From positions 76,448,001-76,512,000 of the forward strand of contig CM052817.1 of assembly GCA_028534125.1 (NCBI GenBank): a DNA stretch of 64,000 nt, written 5' to 3'. The notes under the pieces were generated by a model, which did not search any database, was not told the DNA's origin, and worked only from the letters and a program-made list of their open reading frames with translations. This document shows, one piece after another, positions 1 to 11,854 of the stretch. This DNA is from Lama glama. Its lineage: Eukaryota. Within the stretch, counting starts at the first letter, position 1. The number at the start of each line of letters is the position of its first letter. Both the position numbers and the translations under genes were made by a program.

Positions 1-244
1 CCTCGGTGATCAAGAAGCTCGATCATGGAATTACCCGAACTTTCTGACGCCATCTACTCTAGAGGAAACCCTTGCTTCTTTGAATCTTGCCCAAACCACC
101 CAGCGCAAACCCAAACCCTATAGTGCTGCACCTGACACCCTTTTGTTGAGGTGACTCATGGCCCCTGTGGTGTATGAGCAGCTGCTCTCAATTTTTTAAG
201 CTACAGGAGGGCTCCTGGTGGTCTTCAGATACCAGACGTTAATA
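1..244 (+). mobile_element. 3' part of an old ERVL-type LTR (MER74/MER54/MER73-like), cut by the window edge
   Basis: Ends in ctacaggagggctcctggtggtcttcag...gttaata, resembling the 'ctacaggtgtgttcctggtggtcttt...ttgaca' terminus of these LTRs. GC is higher than in the flank. Confidence 0.45.
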
Positions 245-722
245 CCTCTGAACTTCTTTTTCTCACTTTATTCTCTATTTCTTCTACAATAGATCTTTTT
301 AAATTAAAAACAGCCAAAATCAAACACACATTCCAAAATAACTAAAACACACAAATGCACATGATTTCTCTATGTGGTCAAATTTATTGAAAAAAATTTG
401 CTTATAATATACTCTTAATATCCTTTTTTCTACATTTGAACGATCTATGATGATATCCTTGTTTTCATCCCTGACATTCACAAATTGTTTTTTCCTAATT
501 GTCTTTGTGAATTTTTCAGGGTTTAGTAATTCTATTACTAAAGGAACAAGCTTTGTCTTTAATATATTTTTTTTGTTTGACTGCTTTCATATTACTCATC
601 TCTGTTCTTATCTTCATTATGACTTCACTTCATTTTGGTTTTAATTTGCCATACTAATTTTTGTTCTTGTTTTTTTTTTCTAATGGAATCTTAGATCATT
701 AATTTTAATCCCTTTTGCCTCC

Positions 723-1223
723 TGTGCTGAATAATGGTCCTCAAGACATCCAGGTATTACTATCTCTTGGATCTTGTGCATATGTTATCTTATATGGCAG
801 AAAGAACTGTAAACATGTGAGGGAGTTAAGGACTTCAATATGGGAAGAGTAGCCTAGATCATCCAGGTGAGTTCAATTGATGTAATCACAAGCGTCCTTA
901 TAAGAGGGAGGCAGAGTCCCCGCCTATGGAGATGGGAGGCAACGTGCTGACTGAGGCGAGATGTTAGGCTCCTGGCTTTAAAGATGGAGGAACAGGCAGG
1001 AAGCAAGGGGTGCATGTAATACAGCTCTAGTCACTGGAAAGAGTGAAGAGATGAATTCTTCCCTAAAGCCTCCTTCCCTGCAGCCCAGCCAGCATCCTGA
1101 CTTCTGGCCAGTGGAACCGATTTTGGATTTCTGATCTCCAGAACTGTAAGAGAGTAAATGTGTGTTGTTTTAAGTGACCAAGTTTGTGGGAATTTGTTAC
1201 AGTAGCCACAAGAAACTATTGCA
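723..1223 (+). mobile_element. MaLR solo LTR, MLT1D-like
   Basis: 5' gaataatggtcc...atatgttatcttatatggca...atgtaatcacaagcgtccttataagagggaggcagag and 3' ctccagaactgtaagagagtaaatgtgtgttgttttaag...tttgttacagtagccacaagaaacta match MLT1 hallmarks. Confidence 0.85.
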
Positions 1224-1344
1224 GTCATCTCATCTAAACTTATAAAGTTTTAAGTTTTCCTATGATTAAGCTATAGACACAAATATTCATTTACTGTGAT
1301 TTCATTTTCGTTTAGTTAAAAATTTTTTTAAATTTACTTTATGG

Positions 1345-1593
1345 TTTTTTTTTCTGCTGAGTAAAAGTAGATTTATTTAGAGAGATACATGCTACACAGA
1401 GGGTAGGCTGTTTCAGAAGGGGAGAGAAAGGCTGTGAGGTGTGGGGGTTGGTGCTCAGGTTAAAGTAAAAGTAAATACACTGTCCACAGACTGAGTGCGG
1501 GCCGTCTCCCAAGACGAGGGAGGGAGCAAGAGAGGCGACCATGGGGCCGCAGTTTTTATGCGCTTGGTAGTGTCATATGCTAACATTTGAAGG
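1345..1593 (-). mobile_element. Truncated ERV LTR (U3-R) ending in poly(A), flanked by a TSD: L1-type retrocopy
   Basis: Minus strand reads CATAAAAA (1553-1560), an LTR-like R region, AATAAA (1372-1377), then A9 18 nt later. Flanking direct repeat actttatggtttt (1336-1348) / actttgtgatttt (1594-1606). Confidence 0.65.
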
Positions 1594-3299
1594 ACTTTGT
1601 GATTTTTTTAAAATTAGATTCCTGTGTTACTTAAAATTCTTACAGTATAATTTCCAAACACTTAGGGATTTTCTAGACACCTTTTGGATACAGATGAATG
1701 AAACACTGCTGTGGGCAGAGAACGTATTCTGTATGATTTCAGTCCTATATTTCAGTACGGTTTGAAATTTATTGAGATTTCTTTTATGGCTCAGCATATG
1801 GTTTCTTTTGATGAAAGTTCTTTGTGTACTTAAACTAAATGTGTTTTCTGTTACTATCAGGTATAGTGTCCCATAAATATCAATTAAATCAAGTCGGTTA
1901 ATAGTATTTTTTTAAATATTCTATATCCTTAAGATTATTTACTTGTTCTACCAGTTATTAAAAGAGACGTGTTAAAATAACTATGGTTATGAGTTTATGC
2001 CTCCTTGATTCTAATTTTTAATTTTGAAACTTAATTGCATACAAATATTTAGTCTCTCATACCTTAAGTAGTTGATCAGTTTTTTCATTCTGAAATATGT
2101 TTTATCTCTAGTATTTCTCACGGTCTTGAAGTAAACTTTGAGATATTATGAAATGCAAAAGCTCCCTTATAGTGTTTACATGAATTCTTTTTTGTTTTCA
2201 ATCTTGAATGCCCAGTATATCTTTTATTCATTTCCATCTCTAATTCACAGTATAATTTTAGAATATGGAAATAAATTCATTAATAAATAAAATTTTGAGA
2301 AGATCACTATTTCTCTACAATATGGAATTTTAACCCTAGAATCTTGATTGTAACAGCATGAAGATACTTCACAGAGAATCTAAAAATATTAAAACAACTG
2401 GTATATGTTTTATGGAATTACCTCGTAAGCTTTTATTAAAGAGGTTTTAAAATACTGATCAGGTAATGATCAGGCAATTTTTTCTTAAAATTAATGTAAG
2501 GGCATTATTACTCTTGAGTGCTCTTGTGGGAACATAAATGTGACTCTATCATCGATTTGAGAATTGTTGGAAATTCACATACTTTTTATATTAAATAAAG
2601 GGGAGAATGCAGCATTATCCCTTACAAATACAGTCTGCTTTTCAGCAATGCAGAGCTCCATAAACAAAAAGATAAATAATAAATGTAATTTACAGTACAT
2701 GAATGATATCCTAATTCAGAAATAGCATGCATACATATTTATTCTCTCAGCACACTAATGCTAATTTTTAACTACAGAGAATTAGCAGCTGAAAGCAGGT
2801 TTCCCTCAGACAGCTGAAGGCAGTCAGTCCAGCTGGAACAGTATTGTGAGGCATGGTGACATCCCCACAGATCTCCTCCTGTCAGTGTGACTTTCTCCTC
2901 TGCCCTGGAAGTGCTTGCTTCACAGCTCTTTCTGCATGTGAAAGAAACACTGCTGCTCCACCTGCCCTTTCTGGAGGTGGTTTTCTGCTCTTCTTTTTCC
3001 CACTGAGCTCCAATCCTGCTTCACATGTTTATCTATCAAACTCTCTTCACACTTTATTTTGTAAGGTAAATTCTATATTTACTAGGGTACCCTTTATTTA
3101 CTAGAAATTTTACTGCATTATTATTGATTGTGATTTAGTTAATGCTCCAGTGACAAAGTTTTGTAGGTTTCAGTGACCCTCTGATCTATTTCCAAAGAAA
3201 GACTTTTCCATGAGTACCCAAATAATATTTTTAGTGCAGAAACTCCTGTACTCCTAGGAGTACAATGGATCTGAATTTAAAATTTAGATCATTTGATAA

Positions 3300-3473
3300 A
3301 ATAGAAAAACAACAAAGTCTTACTGTTCAGCACAGGAAACAATAGTCAGTATCTTGTAAAAACAGAGAACATGAAAAAGAATATATATGTATAACTGATA
3401 TAATGTATATGTATAATATGTTGTACACCAGTCACTAACACAAAATTGTATGTCAACTATACTTCAAAAAAAA
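3300..3473 (+). mobile_element. 5'-truncated L1 3'UTR end with A tail
   Basis: ctgttcagcacaggaaac...tatcttgtaa...gttgtacaccag...actaacacaaaattgtatgtcaactatacttcaaaaaaaa: cetartiodactyl-type L1 3' terminus. Confidence 0.75.
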
Positions 3474-6389
3474 CCAGTACCATTTGACCATCTGACATAA
3501 TCACAAACAATGTCATTAACTTTGAAAATATTTTTAACTCATTTTTTGGAAATGTATTTTATACATTGATCTCTAATCTGATTTTTCATCAATTAAAAAA
3601 ACTGAAAATATACACTGAATTTACATAAACTCACCTAATTGACAACCAAATAAACTGACCTGCAGCTTTTTAACAAGTAACCACACCACTAAGACAAAAA
3701 GGAATTTAGGAACCATAAGATTAAAAGCTCTGGAAATTTGCTTGTGTTTGTTATTTTTTATTATGATGGTTGTAAATAGTTGACCCATCATCTTGTAATC
3801 ATCAAGGAATTCTATTATAAATTGTGCATTTTAAGATATTAAGAATATCAAACCACACTAGAGAAATCTGTGAAAGATAGTTGAAGAGACAATACATAAC
3901 ACTGTCACCAAGTCAAAGTCTTTAAATGCCTTAAAATTTCTAGTCCTTTAAAAACAAAACCAAATGGTGATGAAGCAAGTTAATACTGAATTCATAAGTA
4001 ATGAAAGCAAAGAGAAAGGATAACGTAACTGCTTTTCTCAAAGCTTTAAAAATGAATGAAGCAAAACAGCAGAAAAAATACTGCATCATAGAAAATGATT
4101 TGCTGTTTCAAGATCCATTTCAGGTTCATAATAGATTTTGTTTCCCGGCTTTTGCAGTAATACATTTATTTCATGCCCAATTTAGAGCAAAGTCAACCAC
4201 AGAATCCCTTATAAATGTCAGATGAAGTTACTTTTTACCTTTTGAGCTACACTAGTCTGCAACCTAGAGGATCCTAGTGCAACGAGAAAATGTGAGCAGG
4301 ATTCTAGTGCCCTACTGAAGGAAATACTATTACTTCACTGACACATACAGCTACAGTCTATTCAGCCATTACAAATCCATTTCAGTTGACTCAGTTCTGA
4401 GTATTTAGGTTGGACACTCTTTTTTGTGTTGATCACTAAGTTCTCTCACATGGAGAGAGCTATAGTACACCTCCAGTAAGCTGGCAAAACCTAGCAGGCC
4501 TTCCCTCTCTGTTTGGGGTGCTCCATAATGCACAAGCTTTTGAAGTAGAAAAACAAATCCATCAATTAAGCAACCAGTTAATCAAATATGAAGTGTGTGG
4601 TTTTTTAAATAACCATTGTTAAAGGAAGAATTTTCCCCTGAGCCTCAAAAAGGCCAATGGTAATAATGCAGAAGTGATACTTTGTTTAACGAGAAGGTCT
4701 TGGTGAGATTAGGTGTGAAACGCACAAATCTGTTTAATGGCTGAGAAGCAGTCTCTTAGCCTTCATCAGCTAGGCTAAGAAGTCTTTCTATATTTCTAGG
4801 TATGTTTACTAATACCGGCTTTTTTTTTGTTCCCCTCAGCTACATTGAACTTGGTTTACTTTTCACCAGATTAATTTAGCATGGCTTTCTGAGGCTATGG
4901 GTCTCAACAATAGAAATAGATATTAGAAGTGGGGAAAAAAAAAATCAAATAGAATGAAATTATTGTGACCCTACATTTTGTTTAGAATGTGCATTTTTAA
5001 TGAGTTTTAGCTGAAAGTCTATAATATTTACTGAACATTTATATTCAATATTCAGTTATTAATGTTTATATATTTCAATGTTATTGGATACAATTTATAA
5101 ATTTTCAAAATAAAATTGATCTTGTACATACACAAAACATTGCCCACGTTTATATACTGCAGTTATATAGCCGTATATTATCTACAGTCAATGATAGGCT
5201 GGATTTGCTCTTGAAGATCAAGGGCAGATTTCTCTTAGGTAATTGTGACATGTTGAGGGGTTGAGCAGGTACTATACCTACACTGAGCCTCACTGGATAT
5301 CTCTCAAAGTTTATCCTTATATTAAAAAAAGAACACTTAGACTCTCTTTCTGATCCTTTTTTATCCTCACAGGAATGATCAAAGCAACACATTCTCATAT
5401 CATAAAAAGCAAATACTACAATAATGAGAATCATTGTCCATCCTCACCACCCACCAACCTACACCCCAGTGGTGAGCACTGTTGGCAGTTTTTTAGCTCT
5501 ATAAAATTTACTGCCTTGTTTAAAATACAGTGCTTTTAAACTTGGATATATAGAATATGGCTACATTTTACTCTCCACCTTTCTTTAAAACCTTCAAATA
5601 ATTACACTAATAGTTTTGATTGCCTTATAGGTTTTCACTTCATCTTCAAATAGCATATAATTCAAACCCTATTTTATATGTACCACAGATTGCATTTCTC
5701 CCATTTTGTAGTGACCCCACCCACTCTTCTCCTGACCCCCTCTTCACCTTCCCAGACCCTCACAGCTGTCATTACAATTTTCTTTTGTCTAAGTTATACC
5801 CATTGTAAAACATTCCAATTTGTCCTCTAAATTGATGGTAAAAAATGGAAAACTGGTGAACCGTTAGGAGATTTCTCTGGCAGACACGCCTATGTGGTGT
5901 CCATGGAAAGGATGGCGCTCAGTAGCTAAGGGAGCTGAAGATGAACTTTTTCAGGCTATAGATACTCACACTCTTATTTTTCTTTTATGTATTTGGTTCT
6001 TAGAAAACAAAGTCATTTTAAATTCTGAATATGCTGCTTTATTTTCTGCAGCATCTGTTACCTAATTTTCAGTGTACATACAATTTTAAAAATATGATAG
6101 TGGAATGTCTGTCTTGCATTTTCGTTGGGTACACTCTGTGCAGTGAACTGAATAATTTTTCAGTAACATCCTTATTACAGAAAGTTTTTTAATCTAGGTT
6201 TTTTGTCTCAGCACACTTTATAGAAAGTTATTAACGTACTAAAATGCATGTCACTAAATGTATTTGTATGGAAACAGCCAGATGCAGTCCAGGTATACAG
6301 TTCTCTACAGTCTTCCTTATGTTAACAGATACATAGTAGATTATTTAAAGAAACAAGCAGCAAAATTTTTAGACAATAGTTCTCAAAAA

Positions 6390-6712
6390 TAATCTAAAAA
6401 AGGGTACAAATTCTATTTATAAACCGAAAACAGACTCATGGACATAGAAAAGCAATTATGGTTACCAAAGGGGAAAGGGTGGGGAGGGATAAATTAGGGG
6501 TTGGGGATTAACAAGACATGTTACTATATGTAAAACAGACAAACAAGAACCTACTATAGAGCACAGGGAACTATATTCAATTTCTTGTAATAAAATAAAG
6601 TGGAAAATAATCTGATAAAAACATAAATGTATACATATGCATTACTGAATCACTTTGCTATACACCTGAAACTAACATTGTAAATCAACTACACTTCAAT
6701 AATTTTTTTTTA
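6390..6712 (+). mobile_element. 5'-truncated L1 3'UTR end
   Basis: acagactcatggacatagaaaa...ttatggttaccaaaggggaaagggtggggagggataaattagg...gcacagggaactatattcaa...ctgaatcactttgctatacacctgaaactaacattgtaaatcaactacacttcaat. Confidence 0.85.
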
Positions 6713-7796
6713 AAATAAGTTTCCAACAAATTCAGGGTTTAAGTAATGTTAAGAATGTATTCTCTGAAAAAGATCTGGAATATGTCTTTTCTGTTGCCCA
6801 ATAATGTGAGAGCTTCAAATTTTAGTCAACCTTGGATTTGGGTTAATGCTCCACCACAATAATCAGGTGGACAGACAACTTCCTGAAAAACAAATTACCT
6901 TACCCACCTCTACTGGGAGCCCAAAGAAACGCATTTTTTAATTTCTCAATTTACCACGTTGTTCTCAGAAAAAGGTCTGTATAATTAAAGCTTTTGAAAG
7001 CCTTGGTGCCTTCTTGGCCTAGAACTATTTTTGTATTTGTACAAGGAAAAAAGAAAGGTAAATTCTCAGTTTATATGGCACAAGATCGATATATTTTAAA
7101 ACATGAATTCTCTTACCTTTGATCTGAATGTCTGTCATGAAACCTTCCCTGCTTTCAGGCTTTGCTGTGATAGAAAGCAATGCTTGGTACACAATTCACT
7201 TGAATAGATCTGACCTAAGGGTCACCATGGACTGCCGGATACTTTTGTAGCTTAGCAAGGGGAAAAGGAGCTAGGCCTAGCAGTCTCGAAACAAAGAAAT
7301 GCGGGAAGAAGGTGCCAATTAGCAGTGAGAACTGAAGTGTATAGAGGTTCGAGGAAAAGAGGCCAAAAAAGTCATACTAACTACATACAAATAAAAATTA
7401 TGGCTGAACAGAAGCTTTGGGTACACTGAAATTAATCAATTTACAGTGAGGAAAGAATGAAATAGGTGTGCAGATAAAGGAGAAATGTCATATGGACAAA
7501 CAAGGGCCCTCACCCTATGAGCCTGAATATAAGCAGCAGTCAACGCTGAACCTCTAATGAGGGCTGCATTCCACACCTCGAACAAGCCGCGAACCCGGAC
7601 CACTGTCCTTCCAAGTGGACTGGAATCTCCATCACTACCAAAGATGCAGCCCATCAAGGTCATGGCTGGTGAGTCCTTTAAACATCCTCCTGGGCTCTAA
7701 TCCATTTAGGGTACTACCTTGACAAATACTGTTTTTTAAAAAAAAAAAAAAAGCTCTGGCCAGTTAAACTATCAGACTTTATTTTCCTGGTATCTG

Positions 7797-8240
7797 TGTT
7801 GATTATCTGTGATGGGGTCGTCTCTGGTTATATGTCCCCTTGGTTAACCAAAATTTCAGAAACAAAGAAGTATTTATTTGGTGTTTATTAGGACTGGAGC
7901 CCGGAGACACAGATTCAAGGAGCACGTGAATTGTGTTCCCCTGGACAAAATGGAGAAAGCTTATAAAGGCAAAAACTTCAAGGCCATGGTTAGTTACATA
8001 AGTTGTTTGTCAAGAATTACAATTGGAGCTAGCAAGAAGTCAGGGTTCTGTTAAGTTAGGATTGGTTGGCATCCAAAATGATAGTTACAAGGAGGACCTT
8101 GAGACCATAAAGTTGCAGCTGGTGGGTGTTATTCCAAATATGTCTGATGGTGTCCTTGGGTTTGATACAGTTTGGAGAGAATTCAGGTTGTCAGTGGTGC
8201 AGGGACATGTCTGAGACCTGATCCTCAATCCAGTCCCTTA
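7797..8240 (-). mobile_element. ERV1-like solo LTR
   Basis: On the minus strand, in order: CCAAT boxes (~8061, ~8022), a TATA-like cctttataag (7960-7969), AATAAA twice (7884-7889, 7873-7878), and a terminal ...tcaaca at 7797. Right boundary uncertain. Confidence 0.55.
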
Positions 8241-8439
8241 AAAAATCATCAAGTATCATTGGGAACAAACATTTAGGGAGAAGCAGTGGCTGTAGCTTTA
8301 TCAAGTAACTGAGGCTGGGTGTTGATGGTTCTCTAACTCCATTTCTATCTGCCTGAACTCTGATCGCTCCATTAGAATCTCAATTTGTCATCACCTTCCA
8401 CATTTCCATCCTCATTTCAGCCTATAATTCTTTTTGTGT

Positions 8440-10190
8440 CCCCCAAATCCTCTCTCATACACACCCAAATAATTTCACTGCATGCTCTGAAAACTTGGAA
8501 ACTCTCACTCCTAACTGTTCTCAGCTCCTTGCTGTGACTGAGACCTGCTATGCTCTTTCCACTGCTGCCCTCTCTGGAGGGTGGGGCTGAGCCCTGCTAG
8601 ATGTCATGTTGCTCTAGACCTTTCCTCTCCACCCTCTGTAAAATAGCTGGGCCCCGTTGAAAGTAAGGCCACTCAGCTACGGTCATCTCTTCTGTTTTCA
8701 AGCAAACTTACTCAAGTTGTGTTGATTTTGGAACTTCGCTTATGTTTTCCTCTCTTGCATATTTGCCATTAGCCTTGCTGATTTCAAATCTGCTTGGAAT
8801 ATTGAACATCACCCAGCCTCAGTTACTTGATAAAGTTACATCCACTGTTTCTCCCTGAATGTCCGTTCCCAGTGATATTTTCTGCTCTTTTATTTTTTTT
8901 AAAGTATAGTCAGTTTACAATGTTGTGTCAATCTGGTGTACAGCATACTAATTCAGTCATACATATACATACATATATTCATTTTCATATTTTTCATTAT
9001 AGGTTACTATAAGATATTGAATATAGTTCCCTGTGCTACACAGTATAAACTTGTTGTTCATCTATTTTTTATATAGTAGTATCTGCAAATCTCGAACTCC
9101 CATTTTATCCCTTACCACCCACTTTCCCCCTTATATGGAATCTGGGGAAAAAAAAAAAGACATACGAACTTATTTACAAAACAGAAAGACTCACAGATAC
9201 AGAAAACAAACTTATGTCTACTTTCTGTTCTTTTTAATAATAACATCCTAGGTCTTTGAAATGTTAAGTTAAAACATCTCATAGTTCCATACTTTATCTC
9301 ATTCAGTTCTCCCTACTACATCTCTTCCTTAACTTTGAGAACTCCAATCCTGTGACGCCTGTACGTTTTTTGTTTCTGTTTGTTGCTGTTGTCCATACAA
9401 TTCTGGGTTATGTATGTCTTAGCTTTCCAGTCTAGGTAAAGTGGTGTATCACTTGAAGCACACTCTTAACAAGAAACTCACTCTCACTTAGTGTTGCCCT
9501 TCCTTTGAACTCACCTGGCAAATCTCTAGTCATGGGAAACTCTAAACGTATGTTGTTTGGCAATCTAAAGTCATAAAACTTTAAAGGTTTTTGCCAGTAT
9601 GAATTCAGAGGATTCATCCTCAGTTGTGCCTTCAGTCTTGCAGGATAATCATCTATTTCACTCAGTTTTCACAATAGCTATTTAAATAGTTTCCCAATTT
9701 CTCTAGGCGTTGAACCCTACAAATTCTCCTCTAGCAGCAGGAAAACTCAGTCTCTTGACAGAGAAAATAGTATCCAACTCCCTGCCATTAAGCCTACAAA
9801 TATATTTATATTCCCACTCACTAATTTTCTGATTCTTTTTTCAGTAACTGAAAAAAACCTATGTCCTGGAGCTCTTCCTCTTGTTTATCACCTCCTAACT
9901 CTGTAATGGAAGTGAAAATTTTAATATCTTATGGGTTAAACTATCACCACTAACTTCTTCCACCTTATAAGCAATCCGTGTACTTAGGATATTCTCATCC
10001 CTACATTGACCCTCACAATCATAACCTCATTTTTCTGTTACAGCGAAACTTATTCCACAATTGATCTACTTTGGTTTCTTTATGACTCTTTTAACCCTCA
10101 ATTCACAGTGATCTCCACCTCCAGCAACCCAGTGGAATGGCTATGCAGTGATTAGCACTGGGCTACTGATTGATAATCTGAATTTTATTC
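8440..10190 (+). mobile_element. Highly decayed LINE-2 remnant, interrupted by the L1 at 8891-9216
   Basis: C/T-rich sequence with L2-like motifs (ccttgctgtgactgagacctg; ttaaccctcaattcacagtgatctccacctccagcaacccagtggaatggct). Confidence 0.45.
8891..9216 (-). mobile_element. Short L1 3' end with 5' inversion (twin priming) and TSD
   Basis: 8891-9131 is antisense L1 3'UTR with a T tail. 9132-9216 is the adjacent upstream 3'UTR piece in sense orientation. TSD tattttctgctcttt (8876-8890) / tactttctgttcttt (9219-9233). Confidence 0.9.
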
Positions 10191-11854
10191 AGTCAACAGA
10201 CATATTATCAGAATAGCAGCAGAATAGTGATTTTACTATTTGACAATACTAGGCCTTACAAAAAATAACTTCTTGCCAAAGTTGAAATAATGTTCCTTTT
10301 ATTTTTTTTGAATTTATAGATCCATAGACCATTTTGTATCTGAAATAGCTAAAGGTATTTTAGGAATTCAAAGGAACTGAGAGTGAAACATTGACACTGT
10401 CATTGTAGATAGAAATTTCTGAATTTCCTTTTAGGAAGAATTATCTGAATTTCTTTTACAAATGTGATCGTTTACAGATTTGTTTAATACAGATTGTGAG
10501 CGATTGCCATTTTCCTAGCCCCATAAAGAACATTTTAGATAAGAGTTCAGAATTGAGTGATTCAAAAACCATTTTGACCAAAACTTTTTTGTCATCTAGA
10601 AAAAAAATACATAATCTACATAATATCAAAGGTATTTTAAAATAAATTGCATACTTTTGTCTTTCTTTGCCAATCCACTTAATTTTCCTTGCAAAATGAC
10701 AGTTTTTCTTTATGCATCTTCCTTCACTGATACTTGGGCTCCTTGACATAATATGGTGTACATCCAAAATAATGTTATTCAAAGTGTTGATACATCAAGT
10801 CAGTAAGTAGGTTGTTTAAATGACTTTACAGATTGATAAGCAACTGTGTGCAACAGGGAGAGTGACAGTGTCTCCATATAAAGGTAGTGAACTAAATTGA
10901 AGGAAATTGAACAATTTCAGTTCTGTTAAGATCATCCTCTAATTTAGCAATAAGAAAACATTTACATCACATAAAAATTTTTAAATGAGAGTTTTGGTAA
11001 AACAGATAAAGTACTTCAGAAGTCTGCAAAATCAACACTCATGCTGACATTTATTTTACAGAATCGTTTTCATTTCAGGCATGATCATCAAATCACTTAT
11101 TTGCATATTTCTCTCCACCATCTTTTTGTTGCCACAGCATTTAATTTATATGCATGGCATTGTGCAGACGCGCTGTGGATAAGATTGAGACCTAGACTTT
11201 GTTCTGTGTGAAATAATGTTCAAAGACAGATACTTAAAAAAAAAAAAAGCTTTAGTAGCTACTTATGTGCTAAAAAACAGCACTCTGCCAGTTTGGTCTT
11301 TGTGGGGTCATGATTGTTACCTTTAACTAGTTCAAATGTGCAGAAAATAGTGGTTTTTTAGTAGAAATGGGATTTAAAATTAATAATAACCTCACCTGTA
11401 AGCCTAATGTCTCACGAACTTGAGTTATGGGGTGTTGACTATATTAACTAATTTAAATGTTCTTTGAGATAAAGTATATACATGTTCCTAGTTGAACCTG
11501 GAATGAGTCATGTATTTGTATAAGATCAGCATCTATCTATTCAGGAAATGTTATTCTGGGCATTTATGATTGGCAAATTCCTTTTAAAGATTTTTGCAAC
11601 TGCTCTAGGCAGCAAAAGCTAAAGAAACATACAATTAAATGTGTTGGTCAAATCAATAAGACATCTGGGTAACACTTGTAATTAGACTGCTTAAATAAAT
11701 GTTTAATTTGTATGTACACAGTTCTTAGTTATTTGAAAGTCATTTAATTGTTCTAAGATAATTCATAGTTTTCTGTCTAGTTAACTGAGAAAGGTGATGC
11801 TATAAAGTATGGTTTTGCATTAGTTTTATTTAGGCATAGATTCTATTGGAATTT

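Larger units (their letters stand above)
330..2190 (-). mobile_element. Ancient L1 (L1M-type) ORF2 remnant, interrupted by an MLT1 LTR and an LTR retrocopy
   Basis: Antisense L1 endonuclease-region motifs, e.g. tgtgggcagagaacgtattctgtatgatttc, tttgaaatttattgaga...ttttatggctcagcatatggt and cataaatatcaattaaatcaagt. No intact ORF. Confidence 0.6.
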
